Shown here in pieces: positions 34,830 through 47,200 of a stretch of 64,000 nt of DNA. The DNA is from Strigamia acuminata (Eukaryota). The number at the start of each line of letters is the position of its first letter. Position 1 is the first letter of the stretch. The DNA lies in NCBI GenBank assembly GCA_949358305.1, contig OX442314.1, positions 10,230,001-10,294,000 of the forward strand. The letters run 5' to 3'. The position numbers and the translations under genes were made by a program. The notes under the pieces were generated by a model that was not told the origin of the DNA, did no database searches, and saw only the letters and a program-made list of their open reading frames with translations.

Positions 34830-35073
34830 AGAAGAGGAGGAAGAAGAAGAAGAAGAAGAAGAAGAGGAAGAGGAGGAAGAGGAAGAGGAGGAAGAAGAAG
34901 AGGAAGAAGAGGAGGAGGAGGAGGAGGAGGAGGAAGAAGAAGAAGAGGAGGAGGAAGAGGCTGGAGAAGAAGAGGAAGAAGAGATAATTGAAGAGGAAGC
35001 GATGGGGGGAGAAGAAGCTGAAGAGGAGGCTGAGGGAGAAGTTGAGGAAGAAGAGGAAGAAACACATTATTAG
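34289..35073 (+). CDS. Orphan Cys/Pro/Lys-rich single-pass membrane protein with a 102-residue poly-Glu tract (2 coding exons, about 226 aa)
   Basis: Exon 34289-34305 (MACGCP|gtgagt) joins in frame to 34410-35073: KPKPKKSACK..CPPPCPPPCPK..AILALLFLLALVAMFFIL, then E x102 (34654-34959). Confidence 0.75.
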
Positions 35074-35440
35074 ATGTGTCTAAATAAGATTTTGTTTCGT
35101 TTATGCCAGCAAAATTTTGCCAGTGTGATGTTTATTTTCTTTTATAAATGTAAAGTTTATTAAAGAAAATATTGGGATTTTTATGTATTGTTTGCTGAGT
35201 TTTAATTTAATCTACTCTAGTTTTATATTCTATTATTGATTTATTGATTTTTTTTGGTTTTTTGTTGTTGATTAGAGTCAGTTTTGAATTATTTTCCCAG
35301 TTTTAACTCACTTTTATTTTTTCTTTTGGCAATAAATGTAAATTATTTATTTGATTGTGTAAAATCAAACCTATGACCATATTTGTCTTCATCTTCTTTG
35401 AAATGATAATTTTTACCGTTTTCTAATCAGGAGAAGGCCA

Positions 35441-35671
35441 ATGGCGGCGAGGAAGTTATGTTCTAAGTGCACCATATATCCCAAGGTAGGATCTAATGGT
35501 GGTTCGTTGCCCGAGCTGGAAATTTGCCAGTGTCCATTCGGTAAACCGTGTGCTTTGTGTCGAGATTATGGGCCTGAGAAATGGGACATAACTGCTCAAG
35601 TTGTGGGGTTTGTGGTGCTAACTGCCATTTTTCTTATTTGGTTACTCTTCTTCCAAACAAAACCGATTTAA
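35441..35671 (+). CDS. Small orphan Cys-rich protein with a C-terminal transmembrane helix, 76 aa
   Basis: CSKC..CQC..CALC followed by VVGFVVLTAIFLIWLLFF. GC content is higher than the flanks. Confidence 0.55.
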   Translation: MAARKLCSKCTIYPKVGSNGGSLPELEICQCPFGKPCALCRDYGPEKWDITAQVVGFVVLTAIFLIWLLFFQTKPI

Positions 35672-36150
35672 AAACAAACAGAAACGAAAAGGAAAGAATT
35701 ACTTGATTAATAATTATTTATTATTATTTTTGTTGTTTTTTTTTTTTTTTTGTATATTTCTTTGTGGCATGTGGTCATAAAATTATTGTTTTTATTTTTT
35801 TTTTCGATAAAAAAAATGGGTAAAATTAAAATAAAAAAATGAAAAGAAAATTGCAGAAAACAAATATAAAATATGTATTTGTGATAAATTAAATTGGGTT
35901 AAAAAGGGTTTAAAATTAAATAATTTCTCTAGACAACAATTAACCAAAAATCTAAAAAAAATATTTTTACGAAAATATAAATTCTCATTTATTTTATTTG
36001 CTGTTTAAACACGCGACAATCGACAACATTTCAACGAAATTAAGAATTCTTAGATAATTTGAGTTGAACTTCCTTCAGCTTGTTATTAAGGTCAATACGT
36101 CTGTATTGGTTGCTCAACTTCTATTTCGATTCCTCACAACCTCCAGAATC

Positions 36151-37465
36151 ATGTTGAAGACAGCTGTAATCGTGTTCTGTCTTCTAAACATCTTTACATC
36201 GAGTTTTGGTGATGTTACAGGTACGAATTTGAATTTTATTTAATGGAAATTAAGGTCAAGGGTGCATCAACTCCATTTTGTTTTTGGTGACACTGCGTGT
36301 TTCGTTTATTTGTTTTTATTCAATAGATGATCAATTGAAGCAGTTTTCTGAAGACTTATTAAATTCGGATAAAAATGTTGCTCAGCCTGCTTATGATATT
36401 CAAGGAAAATTAAAATCTCGACGTAATCCCGGAGATTTTGCCACTAAACCGTTTGTTTTATTTTGATTTTTCATGTTTAATTCGCCTCCATAGAGTGCGT
36501 TGACATTTGATAAATTTATTTTTATTTTTTTTTGTTGGTATAATTTATTGTAGTTTGTTCGAACCGTTGTCTCCGGAAATTTTAAACCGACCAACGTATG
36601 CTAAATTCATCAAGTTGTTAGATAATTATGATAGAAAAGTGGAAGTGGCAGAGGATGTTACTTCACAGGAACTGAAGGAAATGGATGATTTTTTAAATAC
36701 GATTCTAAATACTCCGGTTATGAAGAAATCACATGAGTTTTTGATTCAGTCGGGTGTGTAGTTGTGTTTTTTGATGAAAAACATGAGAGAGAAAAAGATT
36801 ATTTTTATTTATTTTGAATGGGAGATGGAATGACGTCACGCATTATGTAATTGCTTGGTGTTATTGGGTTTTAACATTATCGTGACGTCATTTCGTCTGC
36901 TATGGGGATGTAAAATTAAATTTTTTTTATTTTAGGAAAAATAAATAAAAACAGCAATTTTAAAACGCTCATGTACGATTTATGGTTTAAAATATATCCG
37001 AGATGGCGTAATATACAAGGATCGAGTGGATTCGAGCACGTTTTTGTAGGTGAAATAAAAAACAACGCCATAACTGGATTGCATAATTGGATCCAATATT
37101 ACATGTTGGAAAAAAATGGCCAAGTGAAATATCAGGGCTTTAATAGCATTTTAACATTGAAAAAACCCGTAAACAAATCATAAAAAAAATTAAAAACAAT
37201 AAAAAGTTTATTTCTCTAATTTATTACGTAGGTTGTCATGCTGAAATACAAATTTGCTTGGGATAAGTTCACCAAACCAACGTCCACCATGTTTATTGGA
37301 ACAAGCCCCGAGTTTGAAATAGGCCTGTACACAGTGTGCTTTTACGTCAGGCCCGATGGAAGTTGCCCCATAAGTCTTGGCGGCAAAACGCTGAGCATTC
37401 AAACCCACACGCAAAAATATAAGGGAAATACTTTTATCGGATCTGCGTATCCGAAAAGCGGTTAA
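36151..37465 (+). CDS. ENDOU: Poly(U)-specific endoribonuclease EndoU/XendoU family, copy 1, with signal peptide
   Basis: Leader [20 protein letters not shown], then [35 protein letters not shown] and IGSAYP. Confidence 0.92.
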
Positions 37466-37864
37466 TTTTATGTAGAAATTAAACGAATTTTATTAAAAAT
37501 TTGACGAAATAAATTCGGTATGCTCTGATTGATTCCCACGTGATGCCAATCTTTGAGAAAACGACACTAGATGTCGTAAATATCTCGCATTCTATTTTTG
37601 ATTCTGACTATTGGGATTATATTAGTTTTGTGTTTAAAATTCGTTTTCAAATTATATCTACGATGAGGGCTGTGAATGAGATGAATTGCAATTTTTTTAT
37701 CAATGTTTTGCATTAAATAATTTCTATGGTAAGTCGTATTTGAACGAATATAAATTTTCACTTATTCGTGTTATTTGCTCAGCACGGCATCTGAATTAAC
37801 TAATATATTTTCTTTTATATTTGAATAGTTTGATTAGAAGAAGTGGGAATTAAATTTCGAAGCA

Positions 37865-39580
37865 ATGTTTAAATTAATCCGAGTTCTGAAACTTGTAGTG
37901 TTTGCTTTTTTATTAACTGAAGTTTTAGGAGATGTCACAGGTTTGCCTTAATATTAATTTCAAAATATTCCGAATCCAGTTTAGTTTTGAACGTGCAATT
38001 ACGCTATGGTTGATTAAATGTCCATTCAAAACTGAACTGGTATCGGTAAAAAAAAAGAAATAAACACCTTTTTCTGTGTTTTAGATGACCAGTTGAGACA
38101 ATTCACCGAAATTTTACTCAGAGTGGATAAGAATGTGGCGTATCCGAATTTTAATTTGCAAGACAGAATTGTTTACGGAGAACAATATGAAATTTACAGA
38201 CCGTAAATTTAAAAATTTGAATTTTTCTTTCGTTTTTTTCATTTTTTTTCGTGTTTTTTGTGCATTTTCGTGTATTTTTTTTAAAATATTTTTCTAGGTT
38301 ATTCGATCCCTTACCACACGATGTCTTGAACAGACCGACGTATATTAAATTGATGAAATTGCTGGATAATTACGATCGGAAAGTGGAGTTGCCGGAAGAC
38401 GTCACCGTGGAAGAACTGAATGAAATGGATGATTTTCTGTCGTCGATTTTGAACACTACAGTGATGGTGAAAGTTCATGATTTTTTGGTGGTGACCGGTA
38501 AAGTTCGACCGGATCAGGATTTCAAGGAAATCATGTACGATCTGTGGTTCACGCTTTATCCACGAGTGAGAAATGTTCCGGGCTCGAGCGGATTTGAGCA
38601 CATTTTTGTCGGGGAAATAAAGGATAACAAGATAAGCGGATTGCATAATTGGCTCCAGTATTATATTTTGGAGAAACAGGGTCAGATTAAGTACCAGGGG
38701 TTTATTAGCTTCCTGCCATTGTCTCCTCCAGTAAGTTTGTTTGCACTTTTATTTCTCTGTTTATTATTTTGATGATTTTTAAGTTTTTAAAAATTTTTTT
38801 TTTTGTAATTGGTTTGTTTTTGTAATTATTTTTTTTTATTTTTCTAATCTATTTCAGGTTTTTTTTATTTTTTTACATATTTTTTTCATTTTTTCCATTT
38901 TTTTTGTTTTTTTTTCATTTTTTTTCATGTTTTTCCAGCATTTTTTTTAGTTTTTCAGTTATTTTTCCGCTTTTTTCATTTTTTTTCATTTTTTTTCATA
39001 TTTTTTTCATTTTTTCCATTTTTTATTTTATTTTTTCCATTTATTTTTTCATGTTTTCCATTTTTTTTGTTTCTTTTCATTTTTTTTCATGTTTTTCCAG
39101 CATTTTTTTTAGTTTTTCAGTTTTTTTCCGTTTTTTTAATTTTTTTTGATATTTTTTTCATTTTTTCCATTTTTTATTTCATTTTTTCCATTTTTTTTTT
39201 GTTTTTTTTTCATTTTTTTTCACGTTTTTCCAGCATTTTTTTAGTTTTTCAGTTATTTTTCGGTTTTTTTTTAAATTTTTTATTTGTTTTTTCGTTTATT
39301 TTTCATTTATTTTTCATTTATTTGCTCAATATGTTTACACTTTTAGGTATCCTTGCTGAAATACAAGTTTATCTGGGATCCATTTTCCAAGCCATCAAAC
39401 ACTATGTTCATCGGAACAAGTCCCGAGTTTGAAATGGCGCTCTACACCACTTGTTTTATGTGCAGACCAAACGACATGTGCCCCGTCCGACTCGGTGGGA
39501 AAACCGTCAATATTTACACGTACAGCTATTCGTATAGAGGAAATTCCTACATTGGTTCCGCCTACCCAAGTTTTTCGTAA
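37865..39580 (+). CDS. ENDOU: EndoU family endoribonuclease, copy 2, with signal peptide
   Basis: Leader MFKLIRVLKLVVFAFLLTEVLG, then [35 protein letters not shown] and IGSAYP. Confidence 0.92.
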
Positions 39581-39977
39581 AGTTCTACGAAAAAAAAAAA
39601 AAAAAATTCTGCAGTGTAATTTTTAATTCACCAAAATGAGATTTTATTTATTTCTTATTTGTTTTGATTCCATGTAACGTTTAAAACTAATAAAACAAAG
39701 CCAACAACATTTGAAAAAAGGAAAAATGGCGCCACCATCCAATACCATCGTCTGCTCCAACCACGTGACAAAAACACTTGAATAAACCGCCACCGGATGG
39801 CGTTAACACCGGCATCAAACATGGTCGCCGTCGAGCTGGCATTTCACTAATTAATTCCAAATTTTCATTCCCATTAGCACTTTAACGAATATTTAGTTCC
39901 GTCAATCATGTTAATTTTACAAATAAGTCAATGATACCATCGACCGAGTTGCAACACGTGAAATTAAAATTGTTGCC

Positions 39978-41237
39978 ATGTCCTGGTTCAGAGAAGTCGG
40001 AGGTGGCATTTCGTCCATTACGACCCAGCTGACGAATTTGACCAAAGAAGTGATAGCAGAAGGCAGGGAAGAAGTGAGTGGTATGTCGAGCAAATCACGT
40101 GGCCAAACACTTTAATCTCCAGTCAATTTTCCCCTTTGTTTGCAGATCATGTAACCGAATTAAGCCTCGCCCAGCAACGAACTCGCGAACTGGAAATCCA
40201 AAACACCTCGCAAAAGAAAGAGGTATAAGACGAATAAATGCCGAAATTGGAAATAAATATGGCGAGAAATGTCGGAGATTAATTCATCGGGTGTCCAGGG
40301 GTTGGGTGAATTATGCAAATGAGATGTTACGCTTGATTTGTGCTGCTGGAGGAAATTTTTCGCTGGTTTGTCGAAACTTCTGTTAGCAGTTTAATGAATG
40401 AGTGCAGGGCTGGCTTAAGGTTTTTTGGGAGTTTAGACGAATTTTTTACCGGCCCTTTTGTAGCGTAAATTAAACTGTATAATTATTATTTTTTGCTAAA
40501 AATTAAATATTTTTTTGGTACCAATAATCAATTTTTTTGCCCAAAATTGGATTTTTTGGCTTAAAATTGAATTTTCTGGCCTAAAATGGAATTTTCTGGC
40601 CTAAAATTGAATTTTCTGGCCTAAAATTGAATTTTCTGGCCTAAAATTGAATTTTCTGGCCTAAAATTGAATTTTCTGGCCCTAAATATGTTTTTTTGAC
40701 CTAAAATGTTTTTTGGCCTAAAAATATTTTTTTTGGCCTAAAAATATTTTTTTTGGCTTAAAAAATATTTTTTATGGCTTAAAAAATGTTTTTTTTGGCC
40801 TAAAATATGTTTTTTTTTTGCCTAAAATATGTTTTTTTGGCCTAAAATATGTTTTTTTTGGCCTAAAATATGGTTTTTTGGCCTAAAATATGGTTTTTTG
40901 ACCTAAAATATGTTGTTTTATGCATAAAATATGTTATTTTTTGGCCTAAAATATGGTTTTTTGGCCTCAAATTTGTGTTTTTGGCCTAAAACTGAATTTT
41001 CTGGCTTAAAATTTGATTTTCTGGCTCAAAATTTTATTTTTTTGCCTAAGCTTGAATTCTTTGGTCTAAAATTGAATTCTTTTTTAATTTCGTTTTTTTG
41101 AGGGAGAAATTCGTCGCGTTTTTGAGTGATTTGCAAATAAAATGATAGGCAAGTTGGTAAAAAATGGCGGAAAAGTATTTTTGTTATTTTTTTAATGAGC
41201 AGATGTTTTTATTTGTACAAATTGATTTTTTTTTATT

Positions 41238-41268
<31 letters not shown>

Positions 41269-44200
41269 GTTTTTTTTGTAGGTTGAGAAAATCCATCGTG
41301 CGAATAAAGAGTTGGAGGAACGAGCTCACGCTGCCGAACTGCAACTTAACTCGACTACGAAGGAATACAGAGCGTTACTTAAACAGAAAGAAGTAGGCTT
41401 AATTAATTATATGGGAAAGGCGTTGGAAAGGAACAGTTGGTTATGCTATCTTAAAAGCAAAAGTGCGATAACAAAATTGTCAACGGTTTTTTTTTTCAAG
41501 TGTTTGATCGTGTACAACTGAACAAACACTCAGTTTTATTTATTTATTTGTTTGTTTGTTTATTTTTTTTTATTTTAGTAAATTTTTTAGCGGTTTTTAG
41601 TGGTAATTTTAAGTATTCCAGCACAGTTGTGAATGGCATTTCCGGTTTTTGAATCAACAGAGTGCATTCACAACTCGACTGGAAAGTGTCATTTGGCAAT
41701 TTTTAAGGTTAAAAATGGGTTTTACGTAATTTTATTAATTCATTTTGATGTTTTTGGTGATTTTGATTTAAATTTTTAAATTTAAATTTTGGGATTTATT
41801 AAATTTTATATAATTTTTTTATTAAAATTTATAAAGGATGAGGTTCGAAAACTACAGCAACAACAGGTTGAAATGCAGGAATTACAAGATAAATTATTGC
41901 TACAATCAAAAAATGGCAATTTGGCCAGCCCTAGTTACGAGGGAAGCAGCTGTAGCGCTTTTGCCGACATGGATGAGATGGAGTTTGCTGATGTCATTTC
42001 CTCCCAGTTTGAAATCAACAGGCTGTCCGACACTGTGCGCAGACTGCGAGCCGAGCGGGACCAGTGGCAGCGCCTTGCATCGTCTGCAACATCCACCCAG
42101 GTCAGTTTACTCTTAATTACACATATAAAAAATATCTCATAAATAAAAAACCTTTGATAAAAATAAATGAATACCAAAATAAAAACAAAAACAAATCCAA
42201 AAAAACCACCAAAATGCTCAAAATGCATAAATTTCTGCAGAATTCCATCAAAAAACGTAAAAAAACCGAACAAAAACACGAAAATCAACAAAAATAAAAA
42301 CATATTTACATAATTAACATCATTTTCGAATCATTATTCGTATTTCCTTTTAACATTACAAATTTCCTGTAGTTTATGCAATTTTTTTAAATTTTTTAAA
42401 TTTTTTTTTTAAAATTTTCAAAAATGGCGTTGAATCATCCTGGTAGGAAATAAAAACAGATAATTTGTTCATTCGAGCCAAATGTCGGCTAATTTAAATG
42501 AGGGAAGGCAGAAAAAAAAATATTTTTGTCATTTTTCCATCAGCCATTTTGTATTTTTTATGATTGCAAACGTTGGTTCATTCAGGTGCATCAGAGCGCT
42601 TTTGTGTCTCCATACGCACAGGTGTCCTTAACCAATAAATGGGAATCAACTTATTCGCAACACGCTCTGGTGGTGGTATGTGGTAGGTGGTGAGCTGTGA
42701 CTATGCACCTTCCCCACTCTGACCTCTTTGATACCTCGCATTTTCGTCCCGACATTTTTTTTTATGGCTCAAGGAAATGCACATTTTTTTCCGTCTTATT
42801 CATTCGGGTATTGTCAACAGGGGGAACCGTGACCCTTTCTTTTGTCTCTCTTTTTTACTTTATGGATGATTAGGAATTTTTTTTATTTTTATAATGTTAT
42901 TAGAATATGGAATAACTCACTCTGGTGGGTGAATTTTGAATTTTGATGACGTAATTTACCGTTGTTTAATTAATTTTTTTTAAAAATATTTTATAGGGTC
43001 GAAGTGAGGATTCGGTTTCCATATTGGAAAATGAGTCGATTCGTGAAATTCAAGTGAAAAATAAGGTAAGAATAAGGTAGAACGTTAGAAAGTACTTTAA
43101 AAATATGGTGAAATATTATAAATTAAGTTAAAAATGTGAAACATTAGAAAATATGTTAAAAATGTAAAACATTAGAAAATACATTAGAAATATAGTAAAA
43201 CATTAGAAATATAGTAAAACATTAGAAATATAGTACAACATTAGAAAATATGATAAAACATTAGAAAATATGGTAAAACATTAGAAAATTTGGTAAAAAT
43301 ATGGTAAAACATTAGAAAATGTGCTAAAACATTAGAAAATATGGTAAAACATTAGAAAATATGGTAAAACATTAGAAAATGTGATAAAACATTAGAAAAT
43401 ATGGTAAAACATTAGAAAATATGATAAAACATTAGAAAATATAATAAAACATTAGAAAATGTGCTAAAACATTAGAAAATGTGCTAAAACATTAGAAAAT
43501 GTGCTAAAACATTAGAAAATATGGTAAAACATTAGAAAATATGGTAAAACATTAGAAAATGTGATAAAACATTAGAAAATGTGATAAAACATTAGAAAAT
43601 GTGGTAAAACATTAGAAAATGTGGTAAAAATATGGTAGAACATTAGAAAATGTGGTAAAAATATGATAAAAGATTAGAAAATACGTTGAAAAAAGCTAAA
43701 AGGTTAAAAATGAGGTAAAACATAAAATACGTTAAAAATAAGGCAAGACGTTAAAATTACGTTAAAAATAAGATAAAACGTTAAAAAAAATACGTTAAAA
43801 ATAAGATAAAACGCAAAAAAATGCTTTGAAAATGTGGAAAACAAAAAAATACGTTGAAAAAAGGTTATACGTTAAAAAAAAGATAACGTTTAAAAATATA
43901 ATATAAAACAGAACAAAATTCATTAAAAATAGTGAATAACGTGTGGGTTCATTGTTTTTAGTGTTCATTATAAGTGAACTGGCGAATTTATATTTATTTA
44001 GTATTTTTTTTTCTTTTTTTTATTTATCTAATGAGCATATGGTGAAAGCCTCGATTTGATTGGGGCTTTACAGATTTTGCAGGTGTCACATTAGTCGGCA
44101 GGTGTACACCCACCCACTCACCCGTATTCTAAGTAGCGGAAAGTAGGTGGATGGTGCAAAGGTTGTATTGGCTTTGCAGACAAATCCTCATTCGCCGCAA

Positions 44201-47200
44201 AGCGCAGCACGATGTTACTCGCTTGTTTGTCTCCCTCTTTCGTCCTTAATTCGAAAACAAAACAAAACAAAAAAATATACAAACAAAATATATTATTTTA
44301 CTGTTCGGCCGAGCAAAGTTCCAGGAAATTGAACTCGTAGTTCTGCGACACAACTATAGGAAAATTTGTGAGTGAAATCGCAGGAAATTTGACGTTCAAT
44401 TGATACACAATTTATCAATCTTTAGAAAAAAAAAAAAAAAAAAAGGACTAAAAAATGTGAATTTTTTGTGTTTTTGAATTATTTTGTTTTGAATTTTTAT
44501 ATTTTATTGTTTCTAGGAATTAGACAGGAGATTAAATGAAACCGTAGACGAGCATCAGAAGGAATTAACCGCCTTACAAGATGCCTACGAGGAAAAAATG
44601 CAACAAATTCGAAGAAATTATCAAGACGAAATCGGCCATTTGCAATCGCGATTGGATGATGGTTAGTATAATAAGCGGCCATAAAAGTTGTTTATTTTAT
44701 TCCTGGCAGCGTGTAACAGGAATAAAACGATCAGTTTTCACATTAACGGACTGATAGTAAAGTTGTTGTTCGATTTTTTTATACATTTTTTATTTTTCTA
44801 TTTTTTATTCGAATTTTCTCGTACAATTGGATGTAAATTTCACGGTGTTTTCTTACCATTGTTCTCACCTTATTTAATTGCCCGTAATATCACCACCGAA
44901 AACAATACACGTGCACATAAAAGTTGTAATTTTAGAAACGCAGCGAGTAGTAGCCAATAATAAGAAAAATAATAAGCGCAAACGTATTTATATATAAATG
45001 TCGTAATTGCGTTTGGTTTTCTAGTCACGAGCCGAGCGAGCGGACAGCAAGATGTTAACGGAGCCCTACGCGAGAAGGAAAGGACATTGCAGCTATTGGC
45101 ACGTCAACTCGAGCAAATTCAGGCCGAAAAACACGAGGTATAATCACTACACACACACATTTTATAATATTTCTCTTTTAAGGGTCAATTGGTTTGATAT
45201 TTTTTTAATTTCCGTCTCGGGCTGCTTTTTGTTTAATCTGCACTCGACTGGTTGGCTCGTTATCGCAGGTTCAACTTTAACATATTGAAAAACGCACCCA
45301 CTTTTGTGGATTATCAGTATCAGTCAATATTAAATAGAAACCCACACTTTGTTTAGATAAGGAAATGACGGTTGGGTTTTTATTTATTTTATTTTTTTGG
45401 ATTTATTTTATTTTTTTATTTTTGTAAATGGGGAATGTGGTTTAGGTTAACATTTGAGGGTTGCTAGGTAACTGGAGTTGTGTGCAGCCTCGTTGGGTGT
45501 GCAGCAGTTGGTCTTTTGTGTGATTTGGTTTTGTCACCTGTGTATCAGAAGCATTAACCATTTTTATTCCCTGTGAAATTTGCACAGCTGCGTTTTTGAT
45601 AACGTTTGATAACGAGTGTGTTTGTGTGTGTGTGTGTGGTTTATTTTTTTATTTTATTTTTTTCGTTTTTGGATATTATTTAGTTGGGAGAATTAAATGG
45701 ATTTATTTTTTGGTTTTTTTTGTTTTTTAGATTTTTAAATTTTTTTTTCTTTGTTTTAGTTGGAGGAAAATGAGGTTGAAGTTGGAATTCTACAGGAAAG
45801 CATTAGGGAGCTGCAGAAATGCGAGGCAGACTTAAAAGAGCAGTTAAACTCGGCTCAAAAGACAATACAATCGCATGAGTCACTGATTAATCAGTTTCAA
45901 GATGGAGAAAAAATGAAGCACAAGTTAGAAGGTGATTATTGAACTTATGTAAAAGCGGCCTTTTACTTTAATAACGCGTAACGATGCCTTTTTGGGGTTT
46001 TTAGTTAATTTTGTGTCTAAATTTGCATTTTTTGAGGATATTAAGTTAATTTTGGGGCTAAAATTTGCATTTTTGAGCATATTAAGTTAATTTTATCTCT
46101 AAAATTTGGATAAAAGTCCTTTTTTAAGTTTAAAAATAGTTTTTTATGCATATAATTTGCATTTTTAACCATATTAAGTTAATTTTATGTCTAAAATTTG
46201 CATTTTTAACCATATTAAGTTAATTTTATCTCTAAAATTTGGATAAAAGTTTTTTTTGAAGTTTAAAAATAGATTTTTATGCATAGAATTTGCATTTGTG
46301 AGCATATTAAGTCAATTCTGTGTTTAAAATTTGCTTTTTTAACCATATTAAGTTAATTTTATGTCTAAAATTTGCATTTTTGAGCATATTAAGTTAATTT
46401 TATGTCTAAAATTTGCCTTTTTGACCATATTAAGTTAATTTTATGTCTAAAATTTGCATTTTTGAGCATATTAAGTTAATTTTATCTCTAAAATTTGGAT
46501 AAAAGTCCTTTTTTAAGTTTAAAAATAGATTTTTATGCATATAATTTGCATTTGTGAGCATATTAAGTTAATTTTATGTCTAAAATTTGCATTTTTAATT
46601 ATATTAAGTTAATTTTATGTCTAAAATTTGCATTTTTGACCATATTAAGTTAATTTTATCTCTAAAATTTGGATAAAAGTTTTTTTTGAAGTTTAAAAAT
46701 AGATTTTTATGCATAGAATTTGCATTTGTGAGCATATTAAGTCAATTCTGTGTCTAAAATTTGCTTTTTTGAGCATATTAAGTTAATTTTATGTCTAAAA
46801 TTTGCATTTTTGAGCATATTAAGTTAATTTTATGTCTAAAATTTGCCTTTTTGACCATATTAAGTTAATTTTATGTCTAAAATTTGCATAAAAGTCCTTT
46901 TTTAAGTTTAAAAATGCATTTTTATGCATTTCTGCGCGTCAAAATGCACATTTTTTGTCTGAAATATGTTCTTAATGAAACCATTTTTGAACACAATTCG
47001 CTACCGGTGAAAAAATAGTTAGAATAATTAAATTTTTTAATTTCTAGCGGCCGAAATGAAGATCTCAGAGCTGCTTCACGAACGAGACCAGGTGTGCTGT
47101 GATTTGTTTGCAACTAAACACAGACTCATGGCCCAATTGGATTTAAGTCATGTAGTTTAATGTTTTGTTTTGACTTTAACACCAAAATTTAAAAAAAAAA

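Noticed and set aside
34609..35067. Poly-F/L, poly-P/L and poly-K/R ORFs
   Set aside because: They are alternative frames of the poly-Glu tract. Only the Glu frame has a spliced start, a TM helix and a coherent tail.
39347..39354. GTATCCTT as a second U12 donor
   Set aside because: It is the first bases of an EndoU exon (VSLLKYKF), matching VVMLKYKF in copy 1.
42622..42633. GTGTCCTTAAC resembling U12 donor or branch signals
   Set aside because: I found no matching partner site that gives an in-frame product.
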